Shown piece by piece: positions 25,997 through 39,105 of a stretch of DNA of 45,958 nt. The DNA is from Chiloscyllium plagiosum. Taxonomy: Eukaryota. Every line of letters starts with the position of its first letter. Within the stretch, counting starts at the first letter, position 1. The stretch is taken from contig NC_057718.1 of the NCBI RefSeq assembly GCF_004010195.1, forward strand, positions 41,000,023 through 41,045,980, given 5' to 3'. The notes under the pieces were generated by a model. That model saw nothing but the letters and a program-made list of their open reading frames with translations. It searched no databases and was not told where the DNA came from. A program made the translations under genes and the position numbers.

Positions 25997-26173
25997 TAAC
26001 ACAGAGACTGTTGGTGAAATTCAGCAGGTGTGGCAGCTTGTGTAAGAAATCAGTTCTGTAGAAGTCATACCAGACTCAAAATTTTAACTGTGTCTCTCTC
26101 CACAGATGGTAGAGTTTTCTCCAACAATCTCTGTTGTTTCAGATTTCCAGCATCTGTAGTATTTGGCTGTTAT
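25997..26173 (+). mobile_element. Fold-back Penelope terminal-repeat insertion with 14-bp TSD
   Basis: aacacagagactgttgg...ccaacaatctctgttgtt; acttcattagaggc at 25983-25996 and 26174-26187. Confidence 0.78.
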
Positions 26174-26639
26174 ACTTCATTAGAGGCAGTTTGGAAATGC
26201 AGCTAAATTACATATACTGCAATATTCGAATCTATTCTCTTTGGTGATTCCTGAAAAAAGTCATTAATGTTGGTCACTGAAGATTTTTCCTTTTATAATC
26301 CATGCCAACTATTCATTGTGATGTTTTCCTTTGATAAATGTTCTTTGTTTCTCTAGTTTGGTCAGGATCCATTACTTTTCCTGCCATTGATGTTAAGCAG
26401 ATGGTATATCATCACTAGACGTGTTCTGTCCCCCGTTTCCCCACCCCCCCCCATTTTTAAACGTAGGCCGTCCATTAATTCATCAGACCTCTGGGACTAT
26501 ATCTTTTTCAGTTGTACCAGATGTTGCATGTCTTACACTCACATGACAATGTTTACATGAACCAATGGGCAAGGTATTTAATCTACCTACTTGGAGCATG
26601 TTTTGGGATGCGGTTTACTCTTTTTGGCTTGTCTGGTCC

Positions 26640-28055
26640 ACAGTAGGGTCAGATGGTATCTATCTCAAGCATTCAGTTGATAATCAAGCACTTGATCATA
26701 AGGTTCAATGCTCAGCTTCAAGTGATTTCTCGTCATACATGCTGCTCCTTGACAACATTATCCAAATGGACAGTATTAGTCTTCACCTGTATATCGAAGG
26801 CATCCAACTATAATCACTACAACCTCTCTCAACTCCTCCAACTCTGCTAAGTTAACAGAAGTGGCAGATGGAGTTTAATTTAGATAAATGTGAGGTGCTG
26901 CATTTTGGGAAAGCAAATCTTAGCAGATTTGGACTTATACACTTAATGGTAAGTTCCCAGAGAGTGTTGCTGAACAAAGAGACCTTGGAGTGCAGGTTCA
27001 TAGCTCCTTCAAAATGGAGTCGCAGATAGATAGGAAAGTGAAGAAGGTGTTTGATATGCTTTCCTTTATTGGTCCGAGTACTGAGTACAGGAGTTGGGAG
27101 GTCATGTTGTGGCTGTACAGGACATTGGTTAGGCCACCTTTGGAATATTGCATGCAGTTCTGGAAGGACGTTGTGAAACTTGAAAGTGTTCATAAAACAT
27201 TTACAAAGATGTTGCCAGGGTTGGAGGATTTGAGCTACAGGGAGAGGCTGAATAGGCTGGGGCTGTTTTCCCTGGAGTGTCGGAAGCTGAGGGGTGACCT
27301 TGTAGAGGTTTATAAAATCATGAAGGGCATGGATAGGATAAATAGACAAAGTCTTTTCCCCGGGGTGGGGGAGTCCAGAACTAGAGAGCATAGTTTTATG
27401 TGAGAGGGAAAGATATAAAAGAGACCTAAGGGGCAACTTTTTCACACAGAGTGTGGTACGTGTATGGAATGAGCTGCCAGAGGAAGTGGTGAAGGCTAGT
27501 ATGATTGCAATATTTAAAAGGCATTTGGATGGGTATATGAATAGGAAGAATTTGGAGGGATATGGGCCGGGGGCTGGCAGGTGGGACGAAATTGGGTTGG
27601 GATATCTGGTCTGCATGGAGGGGTTGGATAGAAGAGTCTGTTTCCATGCTGTACATCTCTATGACTCTATGACTCTAGCAGATGAGCAGGAATTTTATCG
27701 AATTAAACGGTGTGAAAATTGAGATAATTGTTTTCAATCCCACTCTAAACTCCAGTCCCTAGCTATCGGCTCCATCTCTTTCCCTGGAAATGGTCTGAGA
27801 TAAAATCTATATGTTCAAACTGTTGGTCCCATATTTGACCCTGAGTTGAGTTTCTGATCAGTTATTCAAGCCCATCTCTAAGATACACAATTTTTGTCCT
27901 TAATATAACCTGACCTAGCCTCCTTATCTTAGCTCAGCTACTGCTGAAACACACTGGCATGCTGGATCCTCATCAATGAAAATGCCTGGATTTCAAAATT
28001 CTGATCTTTGTTTTCAAATTTCTCCATGACCTCAGCCTTCCTATCTCTCAAACCT
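26640..28055 (+). mobile_element. Old L2 LINE RT fragment split by a CR1 insertion
   Basis: YMLLLDNIIQMDSISLHLYIEGIQL resembles L2 YMLPLGDII...FH.YADDTQL; catatttgaccctgagttgagtttc resembles LGVIFDP.LSF after the CR1. Confidence 0.6.
26855..27677 (+). mobile_element. CR1 LINE 3' fragment
   Basis: LYRTLVRPPLEYCMQFW, VRVWNELPEEVV; ctctatgactctatgactct tail. Confidence 0.93.
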
Positions 28056-28057
28056 TC

Positions 28058-28352
28058 TATCCATCATAAAGTCAGATATGGGATGTTCACTGATGATTGT
28101 GTAACATTCAGAAGCATTCATGACTCTTCAAATACTGAAGCAAACCATGTCTAAATGCAGCAAAATCTGGAGAAGAGCCAAGGTTGGATTGACAAGTGAC
28201 AAGTAATATTCATGCCACACAAGCACCAGGCAATGACTATTCCAGCAAGAGAGAATCTATCCATAAATCCTTGATATAACATTACCATTGCTGAACCTTT
28301 TGATCAGTAACTAAGATGGGATTGACCGGAACTGAATGGACTAGCCATATGT
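28058..28352 (+). mobile_element. Non-LTR RT fragment (CR1/L2 group, distinct family); probable relative on - strand at ~34190-34825
   Basis: gggatgttcactgatgattgt encodes GMFTDDC (FADD-like); 34571-34759 encodes HKARVRSVMEYSPLAWM. Confidence 0.6.
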
Positions 28353-29434
28353 GCTTATGTTGTCGTGCAGCCACATGAACTTTTGTTGCAGCATAGAGCT
28401 TGGTAGGTTTTGCTTGTGTTATTTTCTCTTCTCTTCTGTTTTTTTGTTTCTCTTATTTTAGTTTTAGAGGTTGCACTTTTAAAAGAAGAAAGCTTGTGCT
28501 TGTGGGTCAAAAAAGAATTGTGATATCACATCTGCCTTTTTAAAAACTTGTCTTCATTTTCAGGAAGCAATATCTGGACACTGGTAAGTCATTTTTATTG
28601 TATGAAACTGCTTTCTCAGTGTGTTTTTCTCTAAACGTATTTTACCTAAGGTTTGCTTTAGTAAGATGGCATCTCTTAAAACTGCTGCTTGTTTTTTTTT
28701 GTTAGATCAGATCAGCTACAGCCTCCCTTTTAAATAGTGAGAATGTACTCACAAATATTTCTCACTTCTGTGCAGTTGTAGCCTTCAATCTTGATTGTAG
28801 TGCTTTAGATTAGATTATTAACTTCAGTGCTGAACTCCAACATATGTCTGGTGACAGTTGGGAAAATAGGTTGTCACAACTCCTTCTGTGTTCAGTATCA
28901 GCTTTCTGTCACCATGTTGTAATATCCACTTGCTGCCACTACAACAGCAAGCATCCTAAATGTTAGCCTACATAGCACTAACATGGAGATTTAAGTTCAT
29001 ATTCAGTCGAATCTCTGGAAGTGAATTAATTTCTAACTATGTTGCATGCCTCTGAGGCATGTAGGATATGAATGCAGACCTCCTGGCTCAGGGATAGGGA
29101 CACTATTATTATGTCACAAGAGACCCTTGGGAAAGTAACTGTCGAATCAGCATATGAAATGTTCTGATCCAGTTAATCACTGAAGAACATTAAAAGCAGG
29201 GGATAGCTTTGATCCATTGACTTCCGGCTTATAGACTCAGCACGCATCTGTTGCATCACTTTACTGACAGTCTGGCTCATATGCTTACTTAGATTACAAT
29301 TATATTCTGTACATTGTAGGCTGCCAGGCTATTGATTGACCATACAAACAGCATGCTGGAGACCTCTTAGACACAACTTCACAGGTTGTGACTTCATATA
29401 GCTATCATATAGGTATAATGCCTTTCTGAGATCT

Positions 29435-29850
29435 GTGCAAAAATGCAACACTCTTCATGGCCACCAGAAGTCTCGAAGCACTTTAGAGTCAGTAAATTAC
29501 TTTCTCAAGTGTAGTCCCTGTTGTAATGCACACAGTGAACTCCCACGAGCAGCAATAAATGGATAATTTTTTTTGTGATGTTATTTGCTATAATATTATT
29601 TAGATATAGACCAGGCCATAAGGATAACTCCCCTTCTCTTCAAAATAGTTCTATTCCTTTTATTTTTGCATACCCAAACAGGCATAAAGGACTTTGTTTC
29701 ACTCTTCTCTGAAAGATAGCACTTCTCATAGTGCAGTGCTCCCTCCATACTGCTCTGGAGTGTCCTCCTGTATATGTGTGCTGAAGTCCTGGAGCTGGAC
29801 TTAAACTGAGGAGCATCTGAAACATAAGGATGCTACCAATGAAGTGTTAG
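29435..29850 (-). mobile_element. DeuSINE (SacSINE1/AmnSINE1-like), decayed
   Basis: Reverse reads actccagagcagtatggagggagcactgcactatgagaagtgctatctttcagagaagagtgaaacaaag, resembling the Deu-domain core. Confidence 0.7.
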
Positions 29851-30549
29851 TTGACACAAATATAAGAAGCTACCAAAAAATTCAATCAGAAAACCAGAAG
29901 AAATTTCTTGAAGTGTGATCAGAATATGAAACATACATCCAGAGGAAGTTGTTGGGATGAATTTTATAGGTGCATTTAACAGAATGCCAGATTAGTGTAT
30001 GAAGGAGAAGGGGGAAGAAGGTCACACTGATAGAATTAATTAAGGAAAGATGACAGAAGTCTTAAGTAGAGCATAAATGCTCAGGGTGAATTATAGAGCT
30101 TGTTTCTGTGCTAGTATTTAACTACAATAAAATCTTAATGACAGTAAAGCTTTGTGCTGCTTTTTCCCTTTCTACTCTCTTACACTTCAGTAGCAGGGAT
30201 GTGAAAATAAGAACATAAGTCATGGGACCAGAAGTCAGCTATTTAGCCCATTGAGTCTGTTCTGACATTCACTGAGCTCATGCATGATCTGATAACCCTC
30301 AATTCCACATTCCTGCCTTTTCCTTATGAACTTTCTATTCCCTAACTGATTAAAAATCCGTCCGTCAGAGCCTTGAAAACACTCACAGACACAGCCACGA
30401 CAAAAATAACACCAGTTAATGTATACATTGTCAAATTTAAAATAGATTTATTCTCTAATGTAAAAAAAAACTGCATGTAAAATAACAGCTTGATATTCAC
30501 AAACCAATATCTGTGAGGACTGAGAAATGTTTTCAGAAAACACTTAGTT

Positions 30550-31530
30550 GGCTTTAGTGACTGGAAGCCAGTGTGCGGAGGTGAACCACAGGGGCCTTTG
30601 CTCGGTCCCCTATTATTTGTCATTTATATAAATTATATAGATGACTGTGTTGGGGGTTTGGATTAGTAAGTGTGCGGATGTCACAAAGATTGGTCAGGTG
30701 GTTAACTGTAAGGTCGAGTGTCTTTGGCTACAAGAATATACAAATTGAATAGTCAAATGGGCTGATAAGTGGCACATGGAATTCAACCCTGAAAAGTTTG
30801 AAGTGATACACTTCAGAAGGAATAATTTGACAAGGACATATTCAATGGATGGCATGACATGGGGAAGTTTTGTGGAACAAAGGGATCTTGGAGTATTTAT
30901 TCATAAATCTGTGAAGGTGGAAGGGCATGTTAGTGAGGTAGTGAAAAAGACATATGGGGCACCTGCAGGAAAGTTATGATGAAATTGTATGGAATCTTGG
31001 TGAGACCATAGCTGGAGTACTGTGTGCAGTTCTGCTGGAAATGTGATTGCACGGGAGTGGGTGCAGAGGAGATTCACCAAGATGGTGCCTGAGATGGAAA
31101 ATTTAAGTTATGAATAAAGGTTGGATAGGCTTGGGTTGTTTTTGTTAGAGCAGAGAAGACTGAGGTGTAGAAGCTTATGAGAGGCATGGACAGAGTAGAT
31201 AAGGAGCAGCTGTTCCCCAGTTGATGAATCAGTCACGAGGGGACATGGGTTCAAGGTGAGGGGCAGGAGGTGTGCGGGGGGTGTGAGGAAAATCTTTTTT
31301 ACCCAGAAGGTGGTGATGGGCTGAATGTGTTGCATGGGAGGGTTGCAGAGGCATGCGCCTCACATCTTTTAAAAGAACGTGGATGAGCACTTGGCATGTC
31401 ATAACATTCAGGGCTATGGGCCAAGTACTGGTAAATGGGATTAGGTTGAAGGTCAGGTGTTTCTCACGTGTTAGGGCAGACTCAATGGGCTGAAGGATCT
31501 CTTCTGCACTGTATGATTTTGATGATTCTG
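30550..31530 (+). mobile_element. CR1 LINE 3' fragment
   Basis: PQGPLLGPLLFVIYIN, MEFNPEKFEVIHF, QRDLGVFIH; CR1 3' UTR. Confidence 0.88.
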
Positions 31531-31584
31531 AAAGCTGATTTTTAGCTGCTTATCTGTAAAAGTAAGCTTGGAAAAGTAAGCTTC

Positions 31585-33217
31585 AAGGCAAGGGCGTAAT
31601 TGATATGTGGAGCTTGTTCAAGGAGCAACTATTGAGTGTCCTTGATAAGTATGTACCCGTCAGGCAGGGAGGAAAGGGTCGTGTTAGGGAGCCATGGTTT
31701 AATAAGGAATTGGAATCCCTTGTTAAAGGAAAGAGGGCGGCCTATGTAAAGATGAGGCGTGAAGGTTCAATTGGGGCGATTGAGAGTTATAAGGTAGCCA
31801 GGAAGGACCTGAAGAGAGAGCTAAGAGCAGCAAGGAGGGGACATGAAAAGTCCTTAGTTGGTAGGATTAAGGAAAACCCTAAGGCTTTCTATAGGTATGT
31901 CAGGAATAAAAGAATGACTAGAGTAGGAATAGGTCCAGTCAAGGATAGTAGTGGGAAGTTGCGTGTGGAGGCTGAAGAGATTGGGGAGACACCGAATGAA
32001 TACTTTTCGTCAGTATTCAAAAGGGCAATGTTATTGAGAATACAAAGATACAGGCTATTAGATTAGATGGAATTGAGGTTGACAAAGAGGAGGTTTTAGC
32101 AATTTTGAAAGATCTGAAACAGATAAGACCCCTGGGCTGGATGGGATTATTCCTTGGATTCTCTGGGAAGCCAGGGAGGAGATTGCAGGGCCTTTGGCTT
32201 CGATCTATAGTGATCATTGTTGACAGGAGTAGAGTGGAGAAGACTGGAGGATAGCGGAGAAGACTGGAGGATAGCAATGTTGTTCCTTTGTTTAAGAAGG
32301 GGAGTCAGGGCAACCCCAGTAATTATAGGCCAGTGAGCCTTACTTTGGTTGTGGGTAAATGTTGGAAAAGGTTATAAGAGATGGAATAACTTAATTAGAG
32401 ATAGTTAGTGTGGTTTTGTGAAGGGTAGGTCATGCCTCACTAACCTTCTTTGAGAGGGTGACAAAACAGGTGGATAAAGGTAAAGCGGTTGATGTGGTAT
32501 ATTTGGACTTCAGTAAGGTGTTTGATAAGGTTCCATATGGTAGGCTATTGCACAGTTTCGGGATTGAAGATGATTTAGTGGTTTGGATCAGAAATTGGCT
32601 AGCTGAAAGAAGACAAGATGGTGGTGGATGGGAATTGTTCATCCTGGAGCTCAGTTACCAGTGGTGTGCCACAAGGATTTGTTTTTGGGCCACTGATGTT
32701 CGTCATTTTCATAAATGATCTTGAGGTGGGTGTAGAAGGATGAGTTAGTAAATTTGCTGATGACACTAAGGTAGGCAGAGTTGTGGATAGTGCCGAAGGA
32801 TGCTGTGCGTTACAAAGGGACATAGATAAGATGCAGAGTTAGGCTGAGAAGTGGCGAATGGAGTTTAATGCGGAAAAGTGTGAGGTAGTTCACTTTGGGA
32901 AAAAGTAACAGGAATGCGGGGTACTGGGCTAATAGTAAAATTCTTGGCAGTGTAGATGAATAGAGAGGTCTCTATGTTGAAGTGCATAAATCCCTGAAAG
33001 TTGCCACCCAGGTTCATAGGGTTGTTAAAAAGGCATACAGTGAATGCCCTGCCAGTAGCAGTGGTGGACTCTCCCTCTTTATGGGCATTTAAGCGGGCAT
33101 TGGATAGGCATATGGAGGATAGTGGGCTAGTGTAGGTTAGGTGGGCTTGGATCGGCGCAACATCGAGGGCCAAAGGGCCTGTACTGCCCTGTATTCTTCT
33201 ATGTTCTATGTTCTATT
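31585..33217 (+). mobile_element. CR1 LINE, 5'-truncated, with internal deletion near 33040
   Basis: IKENPKAFYRYVRNKR, VYLDFSKVFDKVP, KFADDTK; jumps from aaggcatacagtg to aatgccctgcca; ttctatgttctatg tail. Confidence 0.93.
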
Positions 33218-35809
33218 GAAAGAAAAACTTTGGCATAAACGTTAAACACAACTGCACAACTAAATTTCAGAATGGACCAATTTTAAAGGTGTTCCACCTT
33301 AGGTTTGTACATGGCTAACATTAGAAAATAGGAGCTTGAAGTCCACCCATTGACTTGATTGCTTCTATCAGTTTTCAATCCCACTTTTCATCAACTTGAA
33401 TAAACTCTGACCGGGGCCACTTTCCACTTTATCTGTGTGGTCAAGACTGGGGCCACCTTCCATATTATCTGTGTGATCGATCCTGACAACCTCTAATCGT
33501 GTAAAAGTACTAATTTTGCTTGTGGAGCATTGATAAGCTAAAAAAGAGGTTGCAGCACTGATTCTTGATTGTAAATACCAATGTCTGACATGGATGTGAA
33601 CCCTTTTGTGTTGTGTATCTCAGCATTACAAAGGAAGCACCTGGAAAAAAAACATCCTTAAATAACACCACAAAGTATGGTGTTTTTACTTTAACTCTGC
33701 CTAAGCATTATGATTTCCTTATCATCTACCCATCAGCAATGACTATCACCATGATCAATCAGTTAAGTACAGCACATTCCAAACTGACAATACATGCCAG
33801 ACAGGCATTGGCAAGAACTCATGCTAAGGACTAAGTGCAACGTTACTTTAAAATATCAAGACAATGGATTGTGATTATCAGCTGCATAAATGTCAGACAA
33901 TTAATTGGGGATGGTTTGCATCCATTTATTGGGTGTTAAGAATCTCATTGATGCTCCAAAGTGGTGTTATAGCACTGGTATAATTGTAATGGATCCCAGA
34001 TAGGTGAAGGGTATTGAGTACAGCTACCATTTGGCCAAAAAATACAGAGCTGGTAAATCATTTCCCTGTGATGCCCATTTAATGCCAATGATATCCTGTT
34101 TCACAAAAATGATAAAATATGGATTACTGAATTTTAAATTCCATCATCTGCTTTTTAAGGCAGGAACCTTCATAGATTTTTTATTTATTCCTTAAGGGAT
34201 GCTGGCACTGTAGTATCTGTCAGCATTTATTTCTCATCCCTAATTGCTTTGGTGAATGTGAAGATGGACTGATTTGTGAAGCACTGCAGACCTTGGGGTG
34301 TAGGTATTCCTAAAGTACTGTCAGAAAGGAAGTTCTAGGATTTTCACCCAGCAACAGAGAAGGAACAGTGATAATGTTCAAAATCAGGATGGTGTATGAG
34401 TTTTACAGGAGGTTGCATGTAATGTTACATCTGTTGCCCTTGTACTTTTAGATGGTATCGGTTGTGGGTTTTGAAGATGCTATTGAAAAAGCCTTGATGT
34501 GTAACTGCCTTTTAGATGGTACGTAGTACTGCCTCTGTATATCAGTGGTGAAGAGGTTGAATATGATACACTATATGACAACCAAGTGGACTGCTTGGTC
34601 CTTCATGGTGGTGAAATACTTGAGTTTTGTTGGAGCTGGACCCATCCAGGCAAGCGGGGAATATTCCATTACACTCCTAACTCTTGCCTTATGGATGCTA
34701 ACAAGCATTAGTTTGACAGGATATGAGTTACTTTCTGCAGAATTCAAAGCCTGTGACACACTCTTGTAGTCACAGTGTTATATCATCTGTCCAATTCACT
34801 TTCTGGTCAATGATAACCTCCAGTGGATATCTTAATCTTTTCTGATGTTAATCTTAATATGGAAGAATTTAAAATGGCCATAGCAAGCAACTGACCATCC
34901 AGGTTAGCCAGGCTTCCTCCAACCAATGTGGAATGTACAAAATACTCTGAACTGAACTTAACATTTTTATCAAAAGATACTGAAGTTAGTCAGAGGTAAA
35001 TAAATCCTCATCTCCTATTCTGTTTACACCTTTATGTTTAAACAACTGTCATCTCATGTTAAATTCTTGTACTTCAAAGGACAATCTAAGAGCTTTTGTA
35101 AAGACTACATTTATTTTTTTTCCACCCGTGGACTGAAAATGCGAGAAAAAAGATACTCCTTTAAGCCAAGCAAACTGCCTAAGAAGATGTTTGCAATTTC
35201 AAAAACAATTTACAGGAACAAATTAATGCTTCATCGAGAATGCTGGCTTATTCAAGCAGGGAGGGAGCATTCCAGGCAGAATGGCATTACCAGGCTGATG
35301 AGAGCAATTTTGCCCAGAGGACAGCCTTTTGCTTGGCTTTTCATTTGGGATCAGGTGACTTGGGTTTAAGAGGACTCCGCCTAGTAACAATCACTCGATT
35401 GGTCCCTGGGTTGCAACTTTGCAGGTGGACAACGTTACAGAAAGATCCAACTGGTGAAAACGGAGATCATTAGTCTTTCTCTTTCCTCACCATGTGGAGA
35501 AGCAAAAGAAAATCCTTAGTAGCTGCTTTTTTTTTGCAAATCCCTTGATGAAAGGAAAGGAAAAATGCCTTCAGGACATTCTAAGAGTGAATTCACAACC
35601 AATGAATGAAAAAATTGAGAATCAGTGTATCCATAACCTTGTGACATTAGCAAAGAATTGGTGTCAGACAAAGCTGTAAGAAAACAATCTGTTTGTGCAT
35701 CAGAACTGAGCCAGAACTGTGCATGTCTGCCATTTTCTCTTGACTTCACCTTCAATATTTCTATCTTGTTTTGTCTCTTTGAGTACAATAATGTATGTGG
35801 GTTTGTTTG

Positions 35810-36020
35810 AGACATTGTTTTCCCTTGTGGGAGAGTCGACAACAAGACGGCATAATCTTAGAGCCAGGGCATACCCAATTAAGGCAGAGATGAGCACAGC
35901 TTTTGTCTGCTAGAAGCTGGTCAATATGTAGAATTCTTTACTGCAGAGGGCAGTAGAGACTGGATCATTAAATACATTCAAGGCTGAGATAGACAGATTG
36001 TTAATCACTGAAGGAATCAT
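35810..36020 (+). mobile_element. CR1 3' fragment
   Basis: LFSLVGESTTRRHNLRAR; tacattcaaggctgagatagacagat. Confidence 0.7.
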
Positions 36021-36765
36021 GTCATAGACTCAGAGAGATGTACAGCACAGAAACAGAACCGTTGGTCCAACTCGTCCATGCCGACCAGATATTCCAAACT
36101 AATCTAGTCCCATTTGCCAGCACTTGGCCCATATCCCTTCAAACCTTTCCTATTCATATACCCATCCAGATGCCTTTTAAATGTTTCAATTGTACTAGCC
36201 TCCACCACTTCCTAAGGCAGCTCATTTTATACACAAACCACCCTCTTTGAGAAAAAGTTGCCCCTTAAGTCCCTTTTAAATCCTTCCCGTTTCACCCTAA
36301 ACCTACACCTCTTGTTCTGGACTCCCCCACCCAGGCAAAAGACCTTGTCTATTTATCCTATCCATGCCTCTCATGATTTTATAAACCTCTATGAGGCCAT
36401 CACTCAAGATCTTGATGCTCCAGGGAAAACAGCCCCAGCCTATTCACCCTCTCCCTGTAGCTCAAATCCTCCAACCCTGGCAACATCTTTGTAAATCTTT
36501 TCTGAACCATTTCAAGTTTGTAAGGTCACCCCTCAGCCTCCGGCACTCCAAGGAAAACAGCCCAAGCCTGTTCAGCCTCTTCCTGTAGCTCAAATCCTCC
36601 AACCCTGGCAACATCTTTGTAAATCTTTTCTGAACCATTTCAAGTTTCACAACATCCTTCCAATAGGAAGGAGGCCAGTATTGCATGCAATATTCCAAAA
36701 GTGGCCTAACCAACATCCTGTACAGCCTAACCCAACCTCCCAACCCCTGTACTCAATACTCTGAA
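36021..36765 (-). mobile_element. CR1 3' fragment with ~125-bp internal tandem duplication
   Basis: LYRMLVRPLLEYCMQYW; the segment ending gtagctcaaatcctccaaccctggcaacatctttgtaaatcttttctgaaccatttcaagttt occurs twice. Confidence 0.9.
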
Positions 36766-37292
36766 TCAATTCCGTTCAAAGCAGAACCCGGATTACCGAC
36801 ACACTTGGTCAGAGGCAGGGGTTAAAGGAGGAGGGAAGTGGAGAGGGAATAGGTAGTACAAGGTATCATTTTCTCAGGACACATAAAAATGCAGCTCATT
36901 GGGCAGAGAAAGGAAAGTGGTGCCAAATTACAGTTGAACATTCATGAAATACAACTTCAATCCAACATCTGGTCAAATGTAAAAATGCAGAGTGGTGCTT
37001 TGAATCGCTAAGACTCTTTTTAACCCTATCAGTAGACAACTCTATTCATCCTGTCTAACCAGAATCTAAATAATGCTCTGTGGTATGGACATCACCACAC
37101 GCCATCCAGAATATGGGTTCCAACCAGACAATTTAAACAGGACAAAGCATGGCTGGAGGCAAGACCGCAGCTACTAGAGTGAGGGTTAGTCAAGGTTCTA
37201 GTTCATGATCACAGTCCAGTGTCTCATAATAAGTGGGTTTGATCTGGATATTCAAAGATAGAACTGGGTAAGGCTGTGATGCCCCCTACAGA

Positions 37293-37432
37293 AGGAGAAA
37301 GTGAGGATTGCAGATGCAGGGGATCAGAGTCAAAAAGCGTGATGCTGGAAAAGCACAGCAGATCAGGCAGCATCCAAGGAGCAAGTGAGTCAACGTTTCT
37401 AGCATAAGCTCTTCGTCAGGAAGAGTTTTTGA
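37293..37432 (-). mobile_element. Solo Penelope terminal repeat with hammerhead motif
   Basis: Minus strand CTGACGA-A-GAGC-TTAT-GCTA-GAAAC-GTT at 37419-37392; body similar to 42925-43054. Confidence 0.82.
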
Positions 37433-37639
37433 CTTCATACTCCCTCCACAGTTAAATGTTCTCAATATTCACCATACAAGTTTCCCTCACCCAAGCAGTT
37501 AGCAACTTCAGAAGAAGTGGGCATAAAAGTGACAACACTTCTACATGCAAGTTCAGTTAAATATCTGCAATCCTATCAGCAGGGATGAAATTTTCCAGTT
37601 TGACTTAGTGACTCACTGATTTCAACGTGTACATGTGGG

Positions 37640-39105
37640 AGTCAAGATTAGAGTGGTGCTGGAAATGCATAGCAGGTCAGGTAGCATCCGAGGAGCAGGA
37701 AAATCGATGCAGGAGCTCTTCATCAGGAATGAGGCTGGAAGCCTCGGGGGTGGAGAGATAAATGGGAGGGGGTAAGGCTGGGGAGAAGGTAGCGGAGAGT
37801 GCAATAGGAGGAAGGCGTAAAGGTGATAGGTCGGAGAGTAGGGTGGAGCAGATAGGTGGGGGTAAGGAAGATTGACAGGTGGGGCAGGTCATGAGGAATG
37901 TGCTGAGCTGGAAGGTTAGAACTGGTGTAAAGTGGGGCCAGGGAAAATTAGGAAACTGGTGAAGTCCACATTGATGCCCTGGGGTTGAAGTGTTCCGAGG
38001 CGGAAGATGAGGTGTTCTTCCTCCAGGCGTCGGGTGGTGAGGGCGTGCAGTGGAGGAGGCCCAGGACCTGCATGTCTTCGATAGAGTGGGAGGGGGAGTT
38101 GAAATATTCAGCCATGGGGCGATGGGGTTGTTTGGTACGGGGATATTCCCTGAAGCACTTTGCTAGAAGGTGTCCAGTCTCCCCAATGTAAAGGAGACTG
38201 CATCAGGAGCAACGGATGCAATAAATGACATTTGTGGAAGTGCAGGTGAAACTTTGATGGATGTGGAAGGCTCCTTTAGGGCCTTGGATGGAGGTGAGGG
38301 GGAAGATGTTGGTGCCAGGAGGGGAGGGTGGGTTGTTGGTGGGTGTGGACCTAACTAGGTAGTCACAGAGGGAATGGTCTTTGCGTCAAGTGGATAGGGG
38401 TGGGGAAGAGAATATATCCTTGGTGGTGGGGTCCGTTTGCAGGTGGCAGAAACATCGGCAGATAATCCAGATTATGCAAAGGTTGGTGGGGTGGAGGGTG
38501 AGGACTGGGGTGTCGGGGACTTCTGTCCTGGTTGCAGTTGGAGGGGTGGGGTTTGAGGGCGGAGGTGCGGGATGTGGACAAGATGCGTTGGAGGGCATCT
38601 TCAACCACATGGGAAGGGAAATTATGCTCTTTAAAGAAGGAGGCCATCTGGCGCGTTCTGTGGTGGAACTGGTCCTCCTGGGAACAAATACAGCGGAGGC
38701 GGAGGAATTGGGAATACGGGATAGCATTTTTGCGGGAGATAGGGTGGGAAGAGGTGTAATCCAGGTAGCTGTGGGAGTCGGTGAGTTTGTAAAAGATGTT
38801 GGTGTTGAGTCGGTCATCGTTGATGGAGATGGAGAGGTCTAGGAAGGGAAGGGAGTTGACAGAGATGGTCCAGGTCAATTTAAGGTCAGGGTGGAATGTG
38901 TTGGTGAAATTGATGAACTGCTCAACCTCCTTGTGGGAACATGAGGTGGTGCCGATGCAGTCATAAATGTAACGGAGGACAAGGTGGGGAGTGGTGCTGG
39001 TGTAACTATGGAAGATGGACTGTTCTACGTAGCCAACAAAGAAACAGGCATAGCTGGGGCCCATACAGATGCCCATGGCTACCTCTTTGGTCTGGAGGAA
39101 GTGGG
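37640..39105 (-). mobile_element. Penelope-like element 3' half (left arm of inverted pair)
   Basis: AMGICMGPSYACFFVGYVE, LRYIYDCIG, LPFLDLSI, YKLTDSHSYLDY, IPYSQFLRLRCICS; terminal repeat at 37640-37730. Confidence 0.93.

Noticed and set aside
26852..27616. 254-aa minus-strand ORF and similar antisense ORFs (13045-13548, 8847-9383)
   Set aside because: Antisense frames of CR1 ORF2.
35034..35473. Overlapping plus-strand ORFs or a possible exon (acag|GAACAA...TCAG|gtgact)
   Set aside because: No polypyrimidine tract and no recognisable protein; cannot be supported from sequence alone.
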